A stretch of DNA of 32,000 bases from Hydrogenibacillus schlegelii (GCF_001653195.1 NZ_JXBB01000006.1:14592-46591), one strand, 5' to 3'. Counted from the stretch's first letter, positions 1 to 8,622 are shown. Made by a program: numbers and translations. The notes: generated by a model from the letters alone, not told the origin.

Positions 1-377
1 TGCGTCCAGGCGTCGACGAGCCCCCGAAGGGCCTCGCCGGCCTCGCCGGCGCCGGCCAGCCAGGGCGCCGAAAAGACAAACCGCCCTTCCCGGGGCGAGA
101 GCACCGTCCAACGGCCGGGCAGGCCGTATGCTTCCGCGACTTCCGCCAGCCGGCCGAAGGGGTCGGCCGATCCGGGCGGGGTGCCCGGGTCCGGCAGGCG
201 GATGACCGCCGCCCAGCGGGGCGGACGGTCCGGCGTTCGGCCCGCCCCAGAAGGACGGAAAGAAGGGGCACCGTCTCCGGCGCCGGCGCGACGGTCGGCT
301 GTCAGGCGCTCCGGCGCGGCGGCGTCCGGGCGGGTAAAAACGGCGTCGTGCAGAAGTTCATGGTCCGAATCGCGCAA
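1..377 (-). CDS. partial CDS of unknown function, running off the left edge
   Basis: The reverse strand is open from a possible TTG start at 377: (M)RDSDHELLHDAVFTRPDAAAPERLTADRR...RWAAVIRLPDPGTPPGSADPFGRLAEVAEAYGLPGRWTVLSPREGRFVFSAPWLAGAGEAGEALRGLVDAWT. It is protein-like and divergent from the next gene, but absent from the supplied ORF track because it is truncated. Confidence 0.35.
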   Translation of the reverse strand, partial: MRDSDHELLHDAVFTRPDAAAPERLTADRRAGAGDGAPSFRPSGAGRTPDRPPRWAAVIRLPDPGTPPGSADPFGRLAEVAEAYGLPGRWTVLSPREGRFVFSAPWLAGAGEAGEALRGLVDAWT

Positions 378-392
378 CGGGCCGGCCCCCCA

Positions 393-401
393 TGCTACAA
401 T
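393..401 (+). promoter_or_regulatory. candidate extended -10 promoter element TGCTACAAT
   Basis: TGCTACAAT lies about 40 bp upstream of the 439 start; the -35 is weak. Confidence 0.4.
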
Positions 402-438
402 AAAGACCGGATGATGAACAAGGCAGGCGAGCGGCGGG

Positions 439-1503
439 ATGTTCAGACGCGGATCGACGAACGGTCGGACGGTCTTCTGGGCGCTGGCGGCGGTCGCGCT
501 GGGGCTTTTCGCGGGGGCCGCCGGGTTCCTCCTTGGCGATGCGAACCGTCGGGCGGACGGCGGAAGCGATTCGGCGAAGCGGCCGGCGGATCGGGCGCCG
601 CGGGTCGGCGTCCTCATCGAAGGGGCGATTTACGATCAGGGGTGGGACTCGGAAGCGTACGCCGCGCTTCAGGCGCTGGAGCGGCATTACGGGGCCGATG
701 TGGCGTTCGTGGAGTTTCACAATGCCGCGACGCCGGAAAAAATTGCCTCGGCCCTCGAACGCTTCATCGCGGAGGGGCGGACGCTCCTCATCGGCCACGG
801 AGCGGTCTTCGGCCCGGTGATCGAGGCGACGGCGCCGCACCATCCGGACGTGCAGTTTGTCTCGATCAACGGCCCGGCCGCCGAGGCGAACGTCGTGTCG
901 GTCCACTTTTCCGGCCGGACGATGGGCATTCTCGCCGGCGCGGCGGCGGCGCTCATGTCCCGCACGGGGATCGTCGGCATCGTCAGCGCCTATCCGGATC
1001 TTCCGGAAGTCGACGGTTTTCGGGCCGGCGCCCGGTACGTGCGGCCGGAGGCGGTCGTCCTCGCCCGGTCCGTCGGGAGCTGGGGCGACCGGCCGGCGGG
1101 GCGGGCGGCGGCGGAAGCCCTCATCCGGCAGGGGGCCGACGTCCTCTTTCCGGCCGGCGACGGGTTCAGCATCGACGTCATCGACGTCGCGCGGCGACAC
1201 GGTCGCTATGCGGTCGGCTTCATCATAGATCAATCGTTTATCGCCCGCAACGCGGTCATCACGAGCGTGACCCAGGACGTCCGACGGCTCTATACCGAGA
1301 TTTTCCTCCGGGCGAGGGACGGCTCGCTCGAGGCGCTCAGGGGCCGGGTGCTCGACGTCAAAAACGGCTACGAACGGCTTTCGGGGTTCGGGCCGATGGT
1401 GCCGAAGCCGGTGGCAGAAGCGGTGGAGCGGCTTTATGAGGCGCTTCGGACCGGAAAGCTCACGGAGGCGGACCTGGACGCAGGGGGCCGGAGGGCGTCG
1501 TGA
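439..1503 (+). CDS. BMP/Med family substrate-binding-like protein
   Basis: N-terminal hydrophobic anchor, then RVGVLIEGAIYDQGWDSEAYAALQALERHYG...LLIGHGAVFGPVI...PDVQFVSINGP...AALMSRTGIVGIVSAYPDLPEVDGFRAGARY. This is the PnrA/BMP periplasmic-binding fold as in Bacillus Med. Confidence 0.8.
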   Translation: MFRRGSTNGRTVFWALAAVALGLFAGAAGFLLGDANRRADGGSDSAKRPADRAPRVGVLIEGAIYDQGWDSEAYAALQALERHYGADVAFVEFHNAATPEKIASALERFIAEGRTLLIGHGAVFGPVIEATAPHHPDVQFVSINGPAAEANVVSVHFSGRTMGILAGAAAALMSRTGIVGIVSAYPDLPEVDGFRAGARYVRPEAVVLARSVGSWGDRPAGRAAAEALIRQGADVLFPAGDGFSIDVIDVARRHGRYAVGFIIDQSFIARNAVITSVTQDVRRLYTEIFLRARDGSLEALRGRVLDVKNGYERLSGFGPMVPKPVAEAVERLYEALRTGKLTEADLDAGGRRAS

Positions 1504-3524
1504 GGGGATGGGGTCGGCGGCTTTTTCGCCGCTGGTACGATCTTCCCCTGGCGGGGAAACTCGGCGTCACCCTCGGCACCGTGGCCAGCGGAGCGCTTTT
1601 GTCGACGGCCGTCTCCGTCGTCCTGGCGCTCAAGGTCTGGCAGGCGTACGATCGGGTGCTGGAGGCGGAGCACGTCTGGTTCTGGGAGATGGAGTACAAA
1701 AACACCGTCTACGCCCGCCTCCACGACGTGACGAGCTACATCGCCACCGGCGATCGGACGTACCGGGAGGCCTTCGAAGCGTCCGCGGCCCGGGTGCACG
1801 ACCTGGAGCGGGCGCTCTTTGCGGCGACCCGGGGCAGCGAGCGGGCGGCGCTCGTCGCTTTTTTTTACGATCAGCGGTCGTTTGATTTTATCCTCCGAAA
1901 CCGGGTCATCCCGGTCTACGAGCTCGGCAACTTTGAAGACGCCTGGAAGACGCTGCTTACGGATGCGGAGAAAGAGGCGAGGAAGCTCCTCGCTCGGCTG
2001 GAGGCGTTCAGCCGGGACAAGGAGGCGGAGATCCAGCGCCTCGTCGTCGAAACGGCGGCCGACGCCCGCCGCTCGGCGGTGGCGCTCGCCGTCCTCTGGA
2101 GCGCCCAGCTCATCCTCGCCGTCGCCGCCGGCGTCGTCCTTTTTCGGACGATCCAGCGGCCGGTCGACCGGCTCCGGGAGGCGGCGGCGCGGCTCGAACA
2201 GGGCGCCTTCGACGTCCGGGTCGGTCTCGGCCGGCGGGACGAGTTCGGCGTGCTGGCCGACGCCTTCGACGCCATGGGCGAGCGGCTCCGGCAGCTCGTC
2301 GAAGCGCTTCGGACGGCGAACGCCTATCTCGCCGAAGAAAGCGCCCGGGCGAAGGCGGCCGACCGGGCGAAATCGGAATTTCTCGCCATGATCTCCCACG
2401 AGCTTCGGACGCCCCTCGGCGGGATCATCGGGTTTTCCGAGCTTCTCCTGGACGAGCGGGCCGGAGCGCTCACGGAGAAGCAAAAGGCCTACCTCCGGCG
2501 GATCCTCTCGAGCGGCCGACATCTCCTCGCGCTCATCAACGACCTCCTCGACCTCTCCAAAGCGGAGGCGGGGGCGATGGACCTCATCCGGGAGGAGGTC
2601 GAGCTGGAGCCGTTTTTCCGGGAGGCGCTCGACGTCGTCACGGCCCGGGCGGAAAAAGGCGGCGTCACCCTCGGGCTTCGGCTGAGCACCCGCCGGAGGC
2701 GCTTTTGCTTCGACCCGGTGCGGATGCGACAGGTGATGTTCAACCTGCTTTCCAACGCGGTCAAATTCACGCCGGCCGGCGGCTCGGTGACGGTCGTCGT
2801 CCGGGACGAAGGGGACGCCCTTGCCGTCGACGTGATCGACACGGGGATCGGCATCCGGCCGGAAGCGCTGGAGCGGATTTTTCTTCCGTTTGTCCAGGAA
2901 GAGCCGGCGATCGGCCGGCGGTACGAAGGAACCGGTCTCGGCTTAAGCCTCACCAAGCGGCTGGTGGAGCTCCACGGCGGCCGGATTACCGTCGAAAGCG
3001 CGCCGGGCAAAGGATCCCGCTTTACGGTCGTTTTGCCGGAGGGGCCGTGTGAGGCGCCGCGGAAGGCGCCGGAGGCGCCCCGGTCGGCCGACCGACCGGC
3101 GCCGCGGAGGCGCCTCATCCTCGCCGGCCTCCCCCCGCTCGTCGCCGAAGCGCTCGCCCGCCGGTTCGAGGCGGCGGGCCATGCGGTCGAGGTGACGGCG
3201 GCGCTTCTTTCGCCTGCGGCCGCGGAGGCGCCGGCGGTGTTCGTTCTCGGCCTGGACCGGGACGGGGGCGCCGTGGCGGGGCCGGCCGACGGCGCGCCGG
3301 CGGATCCGGAGGCGGCCGTCCGGCCGGTGCGGGCGCTCGCCGAGGCGGGGCACCGGGTCGTGCTCGCGACGCGGCGTCCGCTTACGCTGGCGGAAAAGGC
3401 CCGCCTCCTTCGGTGGGCGAAGGCGATCGTGCCGCCGGAGGTGGAGGCGATCGCCCGGGCGATCGAGACGCAGTGGGAAGGGGGGAACGGCCGTGGCGCG
3501 GATCCTCATCGTCGAGGACAATGA
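1500..3524 (+). CDS. membrane-bound hybrid sensor histidine kinase with a degenerate C-terminal receiver-like domain
   Basis: Two TM segments, HAMP-like linker, HisKA H-box ISHELRTPLGGIIGFSELLL, N-box RQVMFNLLSNAVKFTPAGG, G-boxes DVIDTGIGI and GRRYEGTGLGLSLTKRLVELHGG. GTG start overlaps the stop of the upstream gene. Confidence 0.9.
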   Translation: MRGWGRRLFRRWYDLPLAGKLGVTLGTVASGALLSTAVSVVLALKVWQAYDRVLEAEHVWFWEMEYKNTVYARLHDVTSYIATGDRTYREAFEASAARVHDLERALFAATRGSERAALVAFFYDQRSFDFILRNRVIPVYELGNFEDAWKTLLTDAEKEARKLLARLEAFSRDKEAEIQRLVVETAADARRSAVALAVLWSAQLILAVAAGVVLFRTIQRPVDRLREAAARLEQGAFDVRVGLGRRDEFGVLADAFDAMGERLRQLVEALRTANAYLAEESARAKAADRAKSEFLAMISHELRTPLGGIIGFSELLLDERAGALTEKQKAYLRRILSSGRHLLALINDLLDLSKAEAGAMDLIREEVELEPFFREALDVVTARAEKGGVTLGLRLSTRRRRFCFDPVRMRQVMFNLLSNAVKFTPAGGSVTVVVRDEGDALAVDVIDTGIGIRPEALERIFLPFVQEEPAIGRRYEGTGLGLSLTKRLVELHGGRITVESAPGKGSRFTVVLPEGPCEAPRKAPEAPRSADRPAPRRRLILAGLPPLVAEALARRFEAAGHAVEVTAALLSPAAAEAPAVFVLGLDRDGGAVAGPADGAPADPEAAVRPVRALAEAGHRVVLATRRPLTLAEKARLLRWAKAIVPPEVEAIARAIETQWEGGNGRGADPHRRGQ

Positions 3525-3972
3525 GACGAACGCGCTTCTGTTCAGCGACGTGCTGGCGGCGGAAGGGCACGCCGTCGAGGTGGCGCCGGACGGGGAGACG
3601 GCCCTCGCCCGCCTGGAGGCGGAGGTGTACGACCTCATCCTCCTCGACATCCACCTGCCCGAGATGGACGGCCTCGCGATCGCTCGGGCGCTTCGGTCGA
3701 CGCCGGCGTTTGACGGCGTCCCGATCGTGGCGCTGTCGGCCTTCGCCACCGAGCGGGAGATTCGGGAGGCGTACGCCGCCGGCTTTGACGACTACCTGAC
3801 GAAGCCGATCGACGTCCGGACGCTCGTCGCCGCCGTAAGCCGCCACCTTCGCTCCGGCCGGATCACCGTCCCGGAAAAAGGCCGGCCGGCGGCCGAGGCC
3901 CCGGAACCCGGGGCCGGAGGAGGCGAAGGGGCCGGGCCGTCCGCCGGGAGGGTTCGGGATGAGGCGCCTTGA
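3493..3972 (+). CDS. single-domain response regulator (CheY/DivK-like receiver)
   Basis: ILIVEDNETNALLFSDVLAAEGHAVEVAPDGETALARLEAEVYDLILLDIHLPEMDGLAIARALRS...IVALSAFA...DDYLTKPID. Overlaps the kinase gene by 32 nt. Confidence 0.9.
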   Translation: MARILIVEDNETNALLFSDVLAAEGHAVEVAPDGETALARLEAEVYDLILLDIHLPEMDGLAIARALRSTPAFDGVPIVALSAFATEREIREAYAAGFDDYLTKPIDVRTLVAAVSRHLRSGRITVPEKGRPAAEAPEPGAGGGEGAGPSAGRVRDEAP

Positions 3973-4180
3973 GACCGCCGCGGACGTCCGGGCGCTCCTC
4001 CGGCGGTTCGGAGCGATCTTCTACACCGGCGACCCCCTCGGGGAGATCGAACTGATGCGGGAGGAGCTGCGGGAGCTTTTTCAGGCCGGCCTGATCGACC
4101 GCGAGACGCTTCGGGCGGCGCTCGAGGCGCTCCGGCGCCGGGAGGCGGACCTCATCGCGGACCGGGATGAGGAGCGGTGA
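3959..4180 (+). CDS. yqgQ: YqgQ family (DUF910) small protein
   Basis: 73 aa: VRALLRRFGAIFYTGDPLGEIELMREELRELFQAGLIDRETLRAALEALRRREADL matches the YqgQ pattern (LL..YG..IYTGDRL.DLELMEDELRELYQ..LI). Confidence 0.75.
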   Translation: MRRLETAADVRALLRRFGAIFYTGDPLGEIELMREELRELFQAGLIDRETLRAALEALRRREADLIADRDEER

Positions 4181-4221
4181 GGCCGTGCGCTCTTTGGCGT
4201 CGGAGGGAAGGGGTCGAAGGC

Positions 4222-4262
4222 AAAAAACCGCCCTCCGCGCACCGGCGGTGCGCGGAGGGCGG
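4222..4262 (-). terminator. Rho-independent terminator for the minus-strand thioredoxin-fold gene
   Basis: Perfect 16-bp stem ccgccctccgcgcacc (4228-4243) / ggtgcgcggagggcgg (4247-4262), 3-nt loop, A6 at 4222-4227 (U-tract on the minus strand). Confidence 0.9.
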
Positions 4263-4332
4263 TGCCGGTCGGCCGACCCGGGATCCTTCGGACGGCAGTG
4301 CCGGTCGGCCGACCCGGGATCCGTCGGACGGC
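4262..4332. repeat. two tandem copies of a 36-bp repeat
   Basis: gtgccggtcggccgacccgggatcc[t/g]tcggacggc(a) occurs twice head-to-tail between the terminator and the end of the PDO-like gene. Confidence 0.85.
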
Positions 4333-5001
4333 TTACCGGATGGCGGCGAGGACCTTTTGCAGGACGACCTGCTCCGGGACGGCGCCTTCCTGTTCTTCGA
4401 CGTCGTTGATGACGGTCTTCGGCACGCCGTAGACGTTGTACTGGCTGGCGAGCTCGGGGAATTCGGTCGCCTCGACCATGTCGGCGCGGATCTTCGGGTG
4501 GACCATGGCCATAAAGTGCGCGATCCGGACCGCCCGCGGGCAGTACGGGCACGTCGGGGTGACGAAGACCTGGATGTGAACGTCTTTGTCGACTTCGGCG
4601 AGGAGCTTCTCCACCGTCTTTGGCGACAGGCCGTGGGTGCCCTTGCCGAGGTCGACGATGTCTTCGATGAGCGTCGTAAATTCATACCCCGACGGGATGC
4701 CGTAGAAGCGGACGCCGGTGTCTTCGCCGTCTTCCCGGGTGAAGACGATCGCCGGCGCCTTGTCGACGCCGTACCGGGCGGCGACGTCGCCGGACGCGGG
4801 GTCGTCCAGCCGGTAGACCTGAAGATGGAGCTTGTCGGTGAGCTCCGCGAGTTCTTCCAGGATTTGCTTCGTCGCCTCGCCGTATTCCTTGTTCTCGGCT
4901 TCGCTCCAGAAAAAGACGACGTGAACCGGGTTCGTCATCTGGCCGAACCAGTCCCGGATCGTCTCTTTGTCCTTCTCGGCGATGATGCCCATCCATCTCA
5001 C
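4333..5001 (-). CDS. PDO-like tandem thioredoxin-fold protein (protein disulfide oxidoreductase/glutaredoxin-like)
   Basis: 222 aa with two thioredoxin-like halves: VHVVFFWSEAENKEYGEATKQILEELAELTDKLHLQVYRLDD...YGVDKAPAIVF and VHIQVFVTPTCPYCPRAVRIAHFMAM...YNVYGVPKTVIND. Active site CPYC only in the second half. Confidence 0.8.
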   Translation of the reverse strand: MRWMGIIAEKDKETIRDWFGQMTNPVHVVFFWSEAENKEYGEATKQILEELAELTDKLHLQVYRLDDPASGDVAARYGVDKAPAIVFTREDGEDTGVRFYGIPSGYEFTTLIEDIVDLGKGTHGLSPKTVEKLLAEVDKDVHIQVFVTPTCPYCPRAVRIAHFMAMVHPKIRADMVEATEFPELASQYNVYGVPKTVINDVEEQEGAVPEQVVLQKVLAAIR

Positions 5002-5191
5002 TCCTCAAATGAGTTGTGGAAACCGGGATTTCGAACGGCATACCTTGGACCGTAATCCATCGTACTATATTTTCCACAGAAGCACAAGGGGGGAAGAGCG
5101 CAAGGGGCGCTCGGTCGTTCCATCCCCCGGCTTTGTTTCGACCCGGCCCGGTTTCGACGCGGACGGAACGGATGCTCCCGGCGGCGCGGCG

Positions 5192-5200
5192 TGCTACAAT
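5192..5200 (+). promoter_or_regulatory. candidate extended -10 element TGCTACAAT
   Basis: Same 9-mer as at 393-401, 50 bp upstream of the M42 peptidase start. Confidence 0.4.
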
Positions 5201-5249
5201 GAAGGCGGTGCCGAAAAACGCCAACGACGACTTGAAACGGAGGCCGGCG

Positions 5250-6356
5250 ATGAACGACCAGACCCCTTGCGCCGGGCCGGGTGCAGTGCCCGGCTTGCCG
5301 TACGATGAAGCGTTGTTTCGGCAATTGATCGAAGCGCCGGGAGCGCCCGGGTTTGAAGGCGAGGTGCGCCGGGTCGTCGAGGCGGCCCTCGCCGGAGCGG
5401 CCGACCGGATGATCCGGGATCGGCTCGGAAGCCTCTTCGGGGTGCTGGACGGACCGGAAGGCGGCCCGACGGTGATGGTCGCCGGGCACCTCGACGAGGT
5501 GGCCCTTATGGTGACCGAGGTGACGGACGACGGCCTCCTCAAGGTGACGGCGCTCGGCGGCATTTACGAGCCGGTGCTCTTGGCGCAGCGGGTGTTCGTC
5601 CTCGGCCGGAACGGGGCCGTTCCCGGGGTGATCGGCGCGCCGCCGCCCCACGGCCTGTCGGAGGAGGCCCGGCGGGAGGCGCCGCAGCTCGAGCGGATGT
5701 TCGTCGACGTCGGCGCGGCCTCCCGGGAGGACGTCCGGGCTTTTGGCATTCGCCCCGGGGACCCGGTCGTGTTCCCCGGCGTCTACACCCCCTCGTGGAG
5801 CGGCCGGCGGGTGCTGGCCAAGGCGTGGGACAATCGCTTCGGCGTCGGGCTCGCCGTCGAACTCCTTCGGGCGCTTCGCGATCGACCCCGGGTGAATACC
5901 GTCGTCGCCGGGGCGACGGTGCAGGAAGAGGTCGGCCTCAGGGGGGCCGAGACGGCCGCCCGCCTCGTGCGCCCGGACGTTTTCTTCGCCCTCGACGCCG
6001 GCCCGGCCGGCGACATGCCCGGCGGAAGCGGCCTCGGCCGCCTCGGCGGCGGGGTCCTCATGCGGGTGATGGACCGAACGATGGTCACCCACCGGCGGCT
6101 TCTCGATTACCTCCTCGACCTGGCCGAGGCGGAAGGGATTCCGTACCAGTTTTTCGTCTCCCGGGGCGGAACCGACGCCGGCCGGGTGCACACGATGGGG
6201 ATCGGCGTGCCCTCGGCGGTGATCGGCATCCCGGCCCGCTACATTCACGGCCCCGTCGCGATCATCGACCTCGACGACTATCGGGCGGCGAAGCGGCTTC
6301 TCATCGCGGCCGTCTCCCGCCTCGACCGGGCGACGCTGGAGGCGATCGTCGGGTGA
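5250..6356 (+). CDS. M42 family metallopeptidase (glutamyl aminopeptidase/endoglucanase-like)
   Basis: VAGHLDEVALMVTEV, GVYTPSWSGRRVLAKAWDNRFGVGLAVELL, TVQEEVGLRGAETAA, FVSRGGTDAGRVHTMGIGVPSAVIGIPARYIHGP: metal ligands and catalytic Glu pair of the M42 family. GGAGG ribosome-binding site 5' of ATG 5250. Confidence 0.9.
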   Translation: MNDQTPCAGPGAVPGLPYDEALFRQLIEAPGAPGFEGEVRRVVEAALAGAADRMIRDRLGSLFGVLDGPEGGPTVMVAGHLDEVALMVTEVTDDGLLKVTALGGIYEPVLLAQRVFVLGRNGAVPGVIGAPPPHGLSEEARREAPQLERMFVDVGAASREDVRAFGIRPGDPVVFPGVYTPSWSGRRVLAKAWDNRFGVGLAVELLRALRDRPRVNTVVAGATVQEEVGLRGAETAARLVRPDVFFALDAGPAGDMPGGSGLGRLGGGVLMRVMDRTMVTHRRLLDYLLDLAEAEGIPYQFFVSRGGTDAGRVHTMGIGVPSAVIGIPARYIHGPVAIIDLDDYRAAKRLLIAAVSRLDRATLEAIVG

Positions 6357-7228
6357 CGGGCCGGATTTTGAAAAACGACTGGCACGACGTCCTCGGGCCG
6401 GAGTTCGAAAAGCCGTATTATCAGGCGCTCCGCCGTTTTCTCATCGAGGAGTACCGCTCGACGACGGTCTATCCCGACATGTATGATATCTACAATGCCT
6501 TCCACTATACGCCGTATGCGTCGGTGAAAGTCGTCATCCTCGGCCAGGATCCTTACCCCGGGCCGAATCAGGCCCACGGCCTCGCCTTTTCCGTCCGGCC
6601 GGGGGTGGAGGTGCCGCCGTCTCTGGCCAACATATTTAAGGAGCTGGAGGCGGACCTCGGTCTTCCCCGGCCGAAGCACGGCCACCTCGTCCACTGGGCG
6701 CGGCAGGGGGTGCTCCTTCTCAATGCGGTGCTGACGGTCCGTGCCGGGCAGCCGGGATCGCACCGGGGAAAGGGCTGGGAAAAGCTGACGGACGCGGCGA
6801 TCGCCGCCCTCGGGGCGCGGCCGGTGCCGACGGTGTTCTTTCTCTGGGGGCGGGACGCCCAGGCGAAGCGGCCGCTCATCACGTATCCGGGCCACCTCGT
6901 GCTCACGGCGCCGCATCCGAGCCCGCTTTCGGCGGCGCGGGGATTTTTCGGCTCGCGGCCGTTTTCCAAAGCCAACCAGTTCCTCGAGGCGGTCGGCCGG
7001 GGCCTGATCGACTGGCGCCTGCCGGAGACGCCGGAGGCGGACGAAGCGCCGGAGCGCCCGGGGCGCGGGGCGCCGGCCGCCCGATCGGCGGCGCGCCGGC
7101 CGGACGGGGCGGGCGGCGGAGAGGCGATCGGCGGGCCGTCCGGCGGTTTGGGTTCCGGCGACGGGGCGCGTCCGGCCGCGCATCCGAGCGCCGGGTCGGT
7201 CGGCGGAGAAGGGAGACGATGGGGATGA
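6353..7228 (+). CDS. ung: uracil-DNA glycosylase family 1 with a long low-complexity C-terminal tail
   Basis: VKVVILGQDPYPGPNQAHGLAFSV, LLLNAVLTVRAG, FFLWGRDAQAK, TAPHPSPLSA. GTG start at 6353 overlaps the preceding stop. Confidence 0.93.
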   Translation: MTGRILKNDWHDVLGPEFEKPYYQALRRFLIEEYRSTTVYPDMYDIYNAFHYTPYASVKVVILGQDPYPGPNQAHGLAFSVRPGVEVPPSLANIFKELEADLGLPRPKHGHLVHWARQGVLLLNAVLTVRAGQPGSHRGKGWEKLTDAAIAALGARPVPTVFFLWGRDAQAKRPLITYPGHLVLTAPHPSPLSAARGFFGSRPFSKANQFLEAVGRGLIDWRLPETPEADEAPERPGRGAPAARSAARRPDGAGGGEAIGGPSGGLGSGDGARPAAHPSAGSVGGEGRRWG

Positions 7229-8073
7229 TCACGGAAGGGGCGCTTCAGGCGTATCTCGCCTTTGCCCGCACGCTGGCGGAAGAGGCGGGGGCGCTCATCC
7301 GGGAGCGGCTTCTTCAGCTGGAGGCGGGCGAGGCGCTTCAGATCGGGACGAAGAGCGGCCCGAGCGACCTCGTGACGGAAGTCGACCGGGCGGTGGAAGC
7401 GCACGTCGTCCGGCGCATCCGGGCAGCGTATCCCGACCACGGCGTCCTCGGCGAGGAAGGGACCGACGCGGCCGGGTCGCCGGAAGCCGCCGGACTGCGC
7501 TGGGTGATCGACCCGATCGACGGGACGACGAACTTCGTCCATCAAAAGGTGAATTTCTGCGTATCGATCGCCCTCTACGCCGGCGACGAGGGGCTCGTCG
7601 GCGTCGTCTACGATCCGATGCGGGAAGAACGCTTTACGGCGGTCCGCGGGGGCGGCGCCGCCTTAAACGGCCGTCCGCTCCGGCTGAACGGCGCAAAAGG
7701 GCTTTCGGAAAGCCTGATCGGAACGAGCCTCACGTGGGTGCGCCGGGCGAGACAGACGGGCCTCGTCGAACCCGTCTGGCGCCTCGCCGAGCGATCCCGG
7801 GGGCTCCGCTCGCTCGGCGCCGCGGCGCTGGAGGCGGCGTACGTCGCCGCCGGGCGCCTCGATGCGTTTTTGAGCCTGACGCTCTCTCCGTGGGACTTTG
7901 CCGCGGCCAAGCTCATCGTCGAGGAAGCGGGCGGGACGGTGGTGGACTTTGCCGGGCGGCCGGTCGGGCTGAAGCGCCCGGAGCTCGGCTTTCTGGCCGC
8001 GCATCCGTCCCTCGTCGGGCCGATCCTCGAGGTGCTCCGGCCGTGGGTGCGGTCGCAGCAGGAAGTCAGCTGA
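7219..8073 (+). CDS. inositol monophosphatase family protein
   Basis: HGVLGEEG, WVIDPIDGTTNFVHQ, LSLTLSPWDFAAAKLIVEEAGG. Overlaps the end of ung. Confidence 0.92.
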   Translation: MGMITEGALQAYLAFARTLAEEAGALIRERLLQLEAGEALQIGTKSGPSDLVTEVDRAVEAHVVRRIRAAYPDHGVLGEEGTDAAGSPEAAGLRWVIDPIDGTTNFVHQKVNFCVSIALYAGDEGLVGVVYDPMREERFTAVRGGGAALNGRPLRLNGAKGLSESLIGTSLTWVRRARQTGLVEPVWRLAERSRGLRSLGAAALEAAYVAAGRLDAFLSLTLSPWDFAAAKLIVEEAGGTVVDFAGRPVGLKRPELGFLAAHPSLVGPILEVLRPWVRSQQEVS

Positions 8074-8127
8074 GGCGAGAAAGGGGACAACGCCGGGGTA
8101 TATGTGATTATTACATTACCCGAAGGG

Positions 8128-8156
8128 TTGATTTTTCCCGGGGGCCGTGATACATT
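8128..8156 (+). promoter_or_regulatory. sigma-A type promoter for the tRNA cluster
   Basis: TTGATT (8128-8133), 17-bp spacer, TACATT (8151-8156), about 60 bp before the first tRNA. Confidence 0.65.
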
Positions 8157-8214
8157 AAGCATTGTCGCGGCGGTCCGGTGCGATGGCCGGACGATCCGAG
8201 GCCGCCATCGGTGT

Positions 8215-8290
8215 GGGGCCGTAGCTCAGCTGGGAGAGCGCGTGAATGGCATTCACGAGGTCGGCGGTTCGATCCCGCTCGGCTCCACCA
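8215..8290 (+). tRNA. tRNA-Ala (GGC)
   Basis: Full cloverleaf: acceptor GGGGCCG/CGGCTCC, anticodon loop ATGGCAT, GGTTCGATCC, encoded CCA. Confidence 0.93.
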
Positions 8291-8370
8291 TTTCTGTTTG
8301 GCTTTTCATTCACAAGCGGCGTTTCTCATCCTGCGAGCCTCGGGCGGGGCTTTTTGCGTCTTGGTGACGT

Positions 8371-8463
8371 GGAGTGATACCCAAGTGGTGAAGGGGACGG
8401 TTTGCTAAACCGTTAGTGGGCCCCAAAGGCCCAGCGTGGGTTCGAATCCCACTCACTCCACCA
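8371..8463 (+). tRNA. tRNA-Ser (GCT)
   Basis: Acceptor GGAGTGA/TCACTCC, anticodon loop TTGCTAA, long variable arm, encoded CCA. Confidence 0.93.
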
Positions 8464-8466
8464 GAT

Positions 8467-8543
8467 GGCGGAGTAGCTCAGCTGGCCAGAGCGTACGGTT
8501 CATACCCGTGAGGTCGAGGGTTCGAGCCCCTCCTCCGCTACCA
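8467..8543 (+). tRNA. tRNA-Met (CAT), elongator-like
   Basis: GGCGGAG...CTCCGCT acceptor, anticodon loop TTCATAC, encoded CCA. Confidence 0.85.
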
Positions 8544-8548
8544 GCCGC

Positions 8549-8622
8549 AGGGGCGTAGTTTAATGGTAGAACAGCGGTCTCCAAAACCGCCAGTGTGGGT
8601 TCGATTCCTGCCGCCCCTGCCA
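8549..8622 (+). tRNA. tRNA-Trp (CCA)
   Basis: AGGGGCG/CGCCCCT, anticodon loop CTCCAAA, G73, encoded CCA. Confidence 0.93.

Noticed and set aside
348-1439. 363-aa plus-strand ORF overlapping the BMP-like gene in another frame
   Set aside because: Gly/Arg/Pro-rich translation without motifs; the 439 frame gives a coherent BMP/Med-family protein.
4262-4332. 36-bp repeats as a mini CRISPR array
   Set aside because: The two units are directly adjacent with no spacer between them, so it is a simple tandem duplication.
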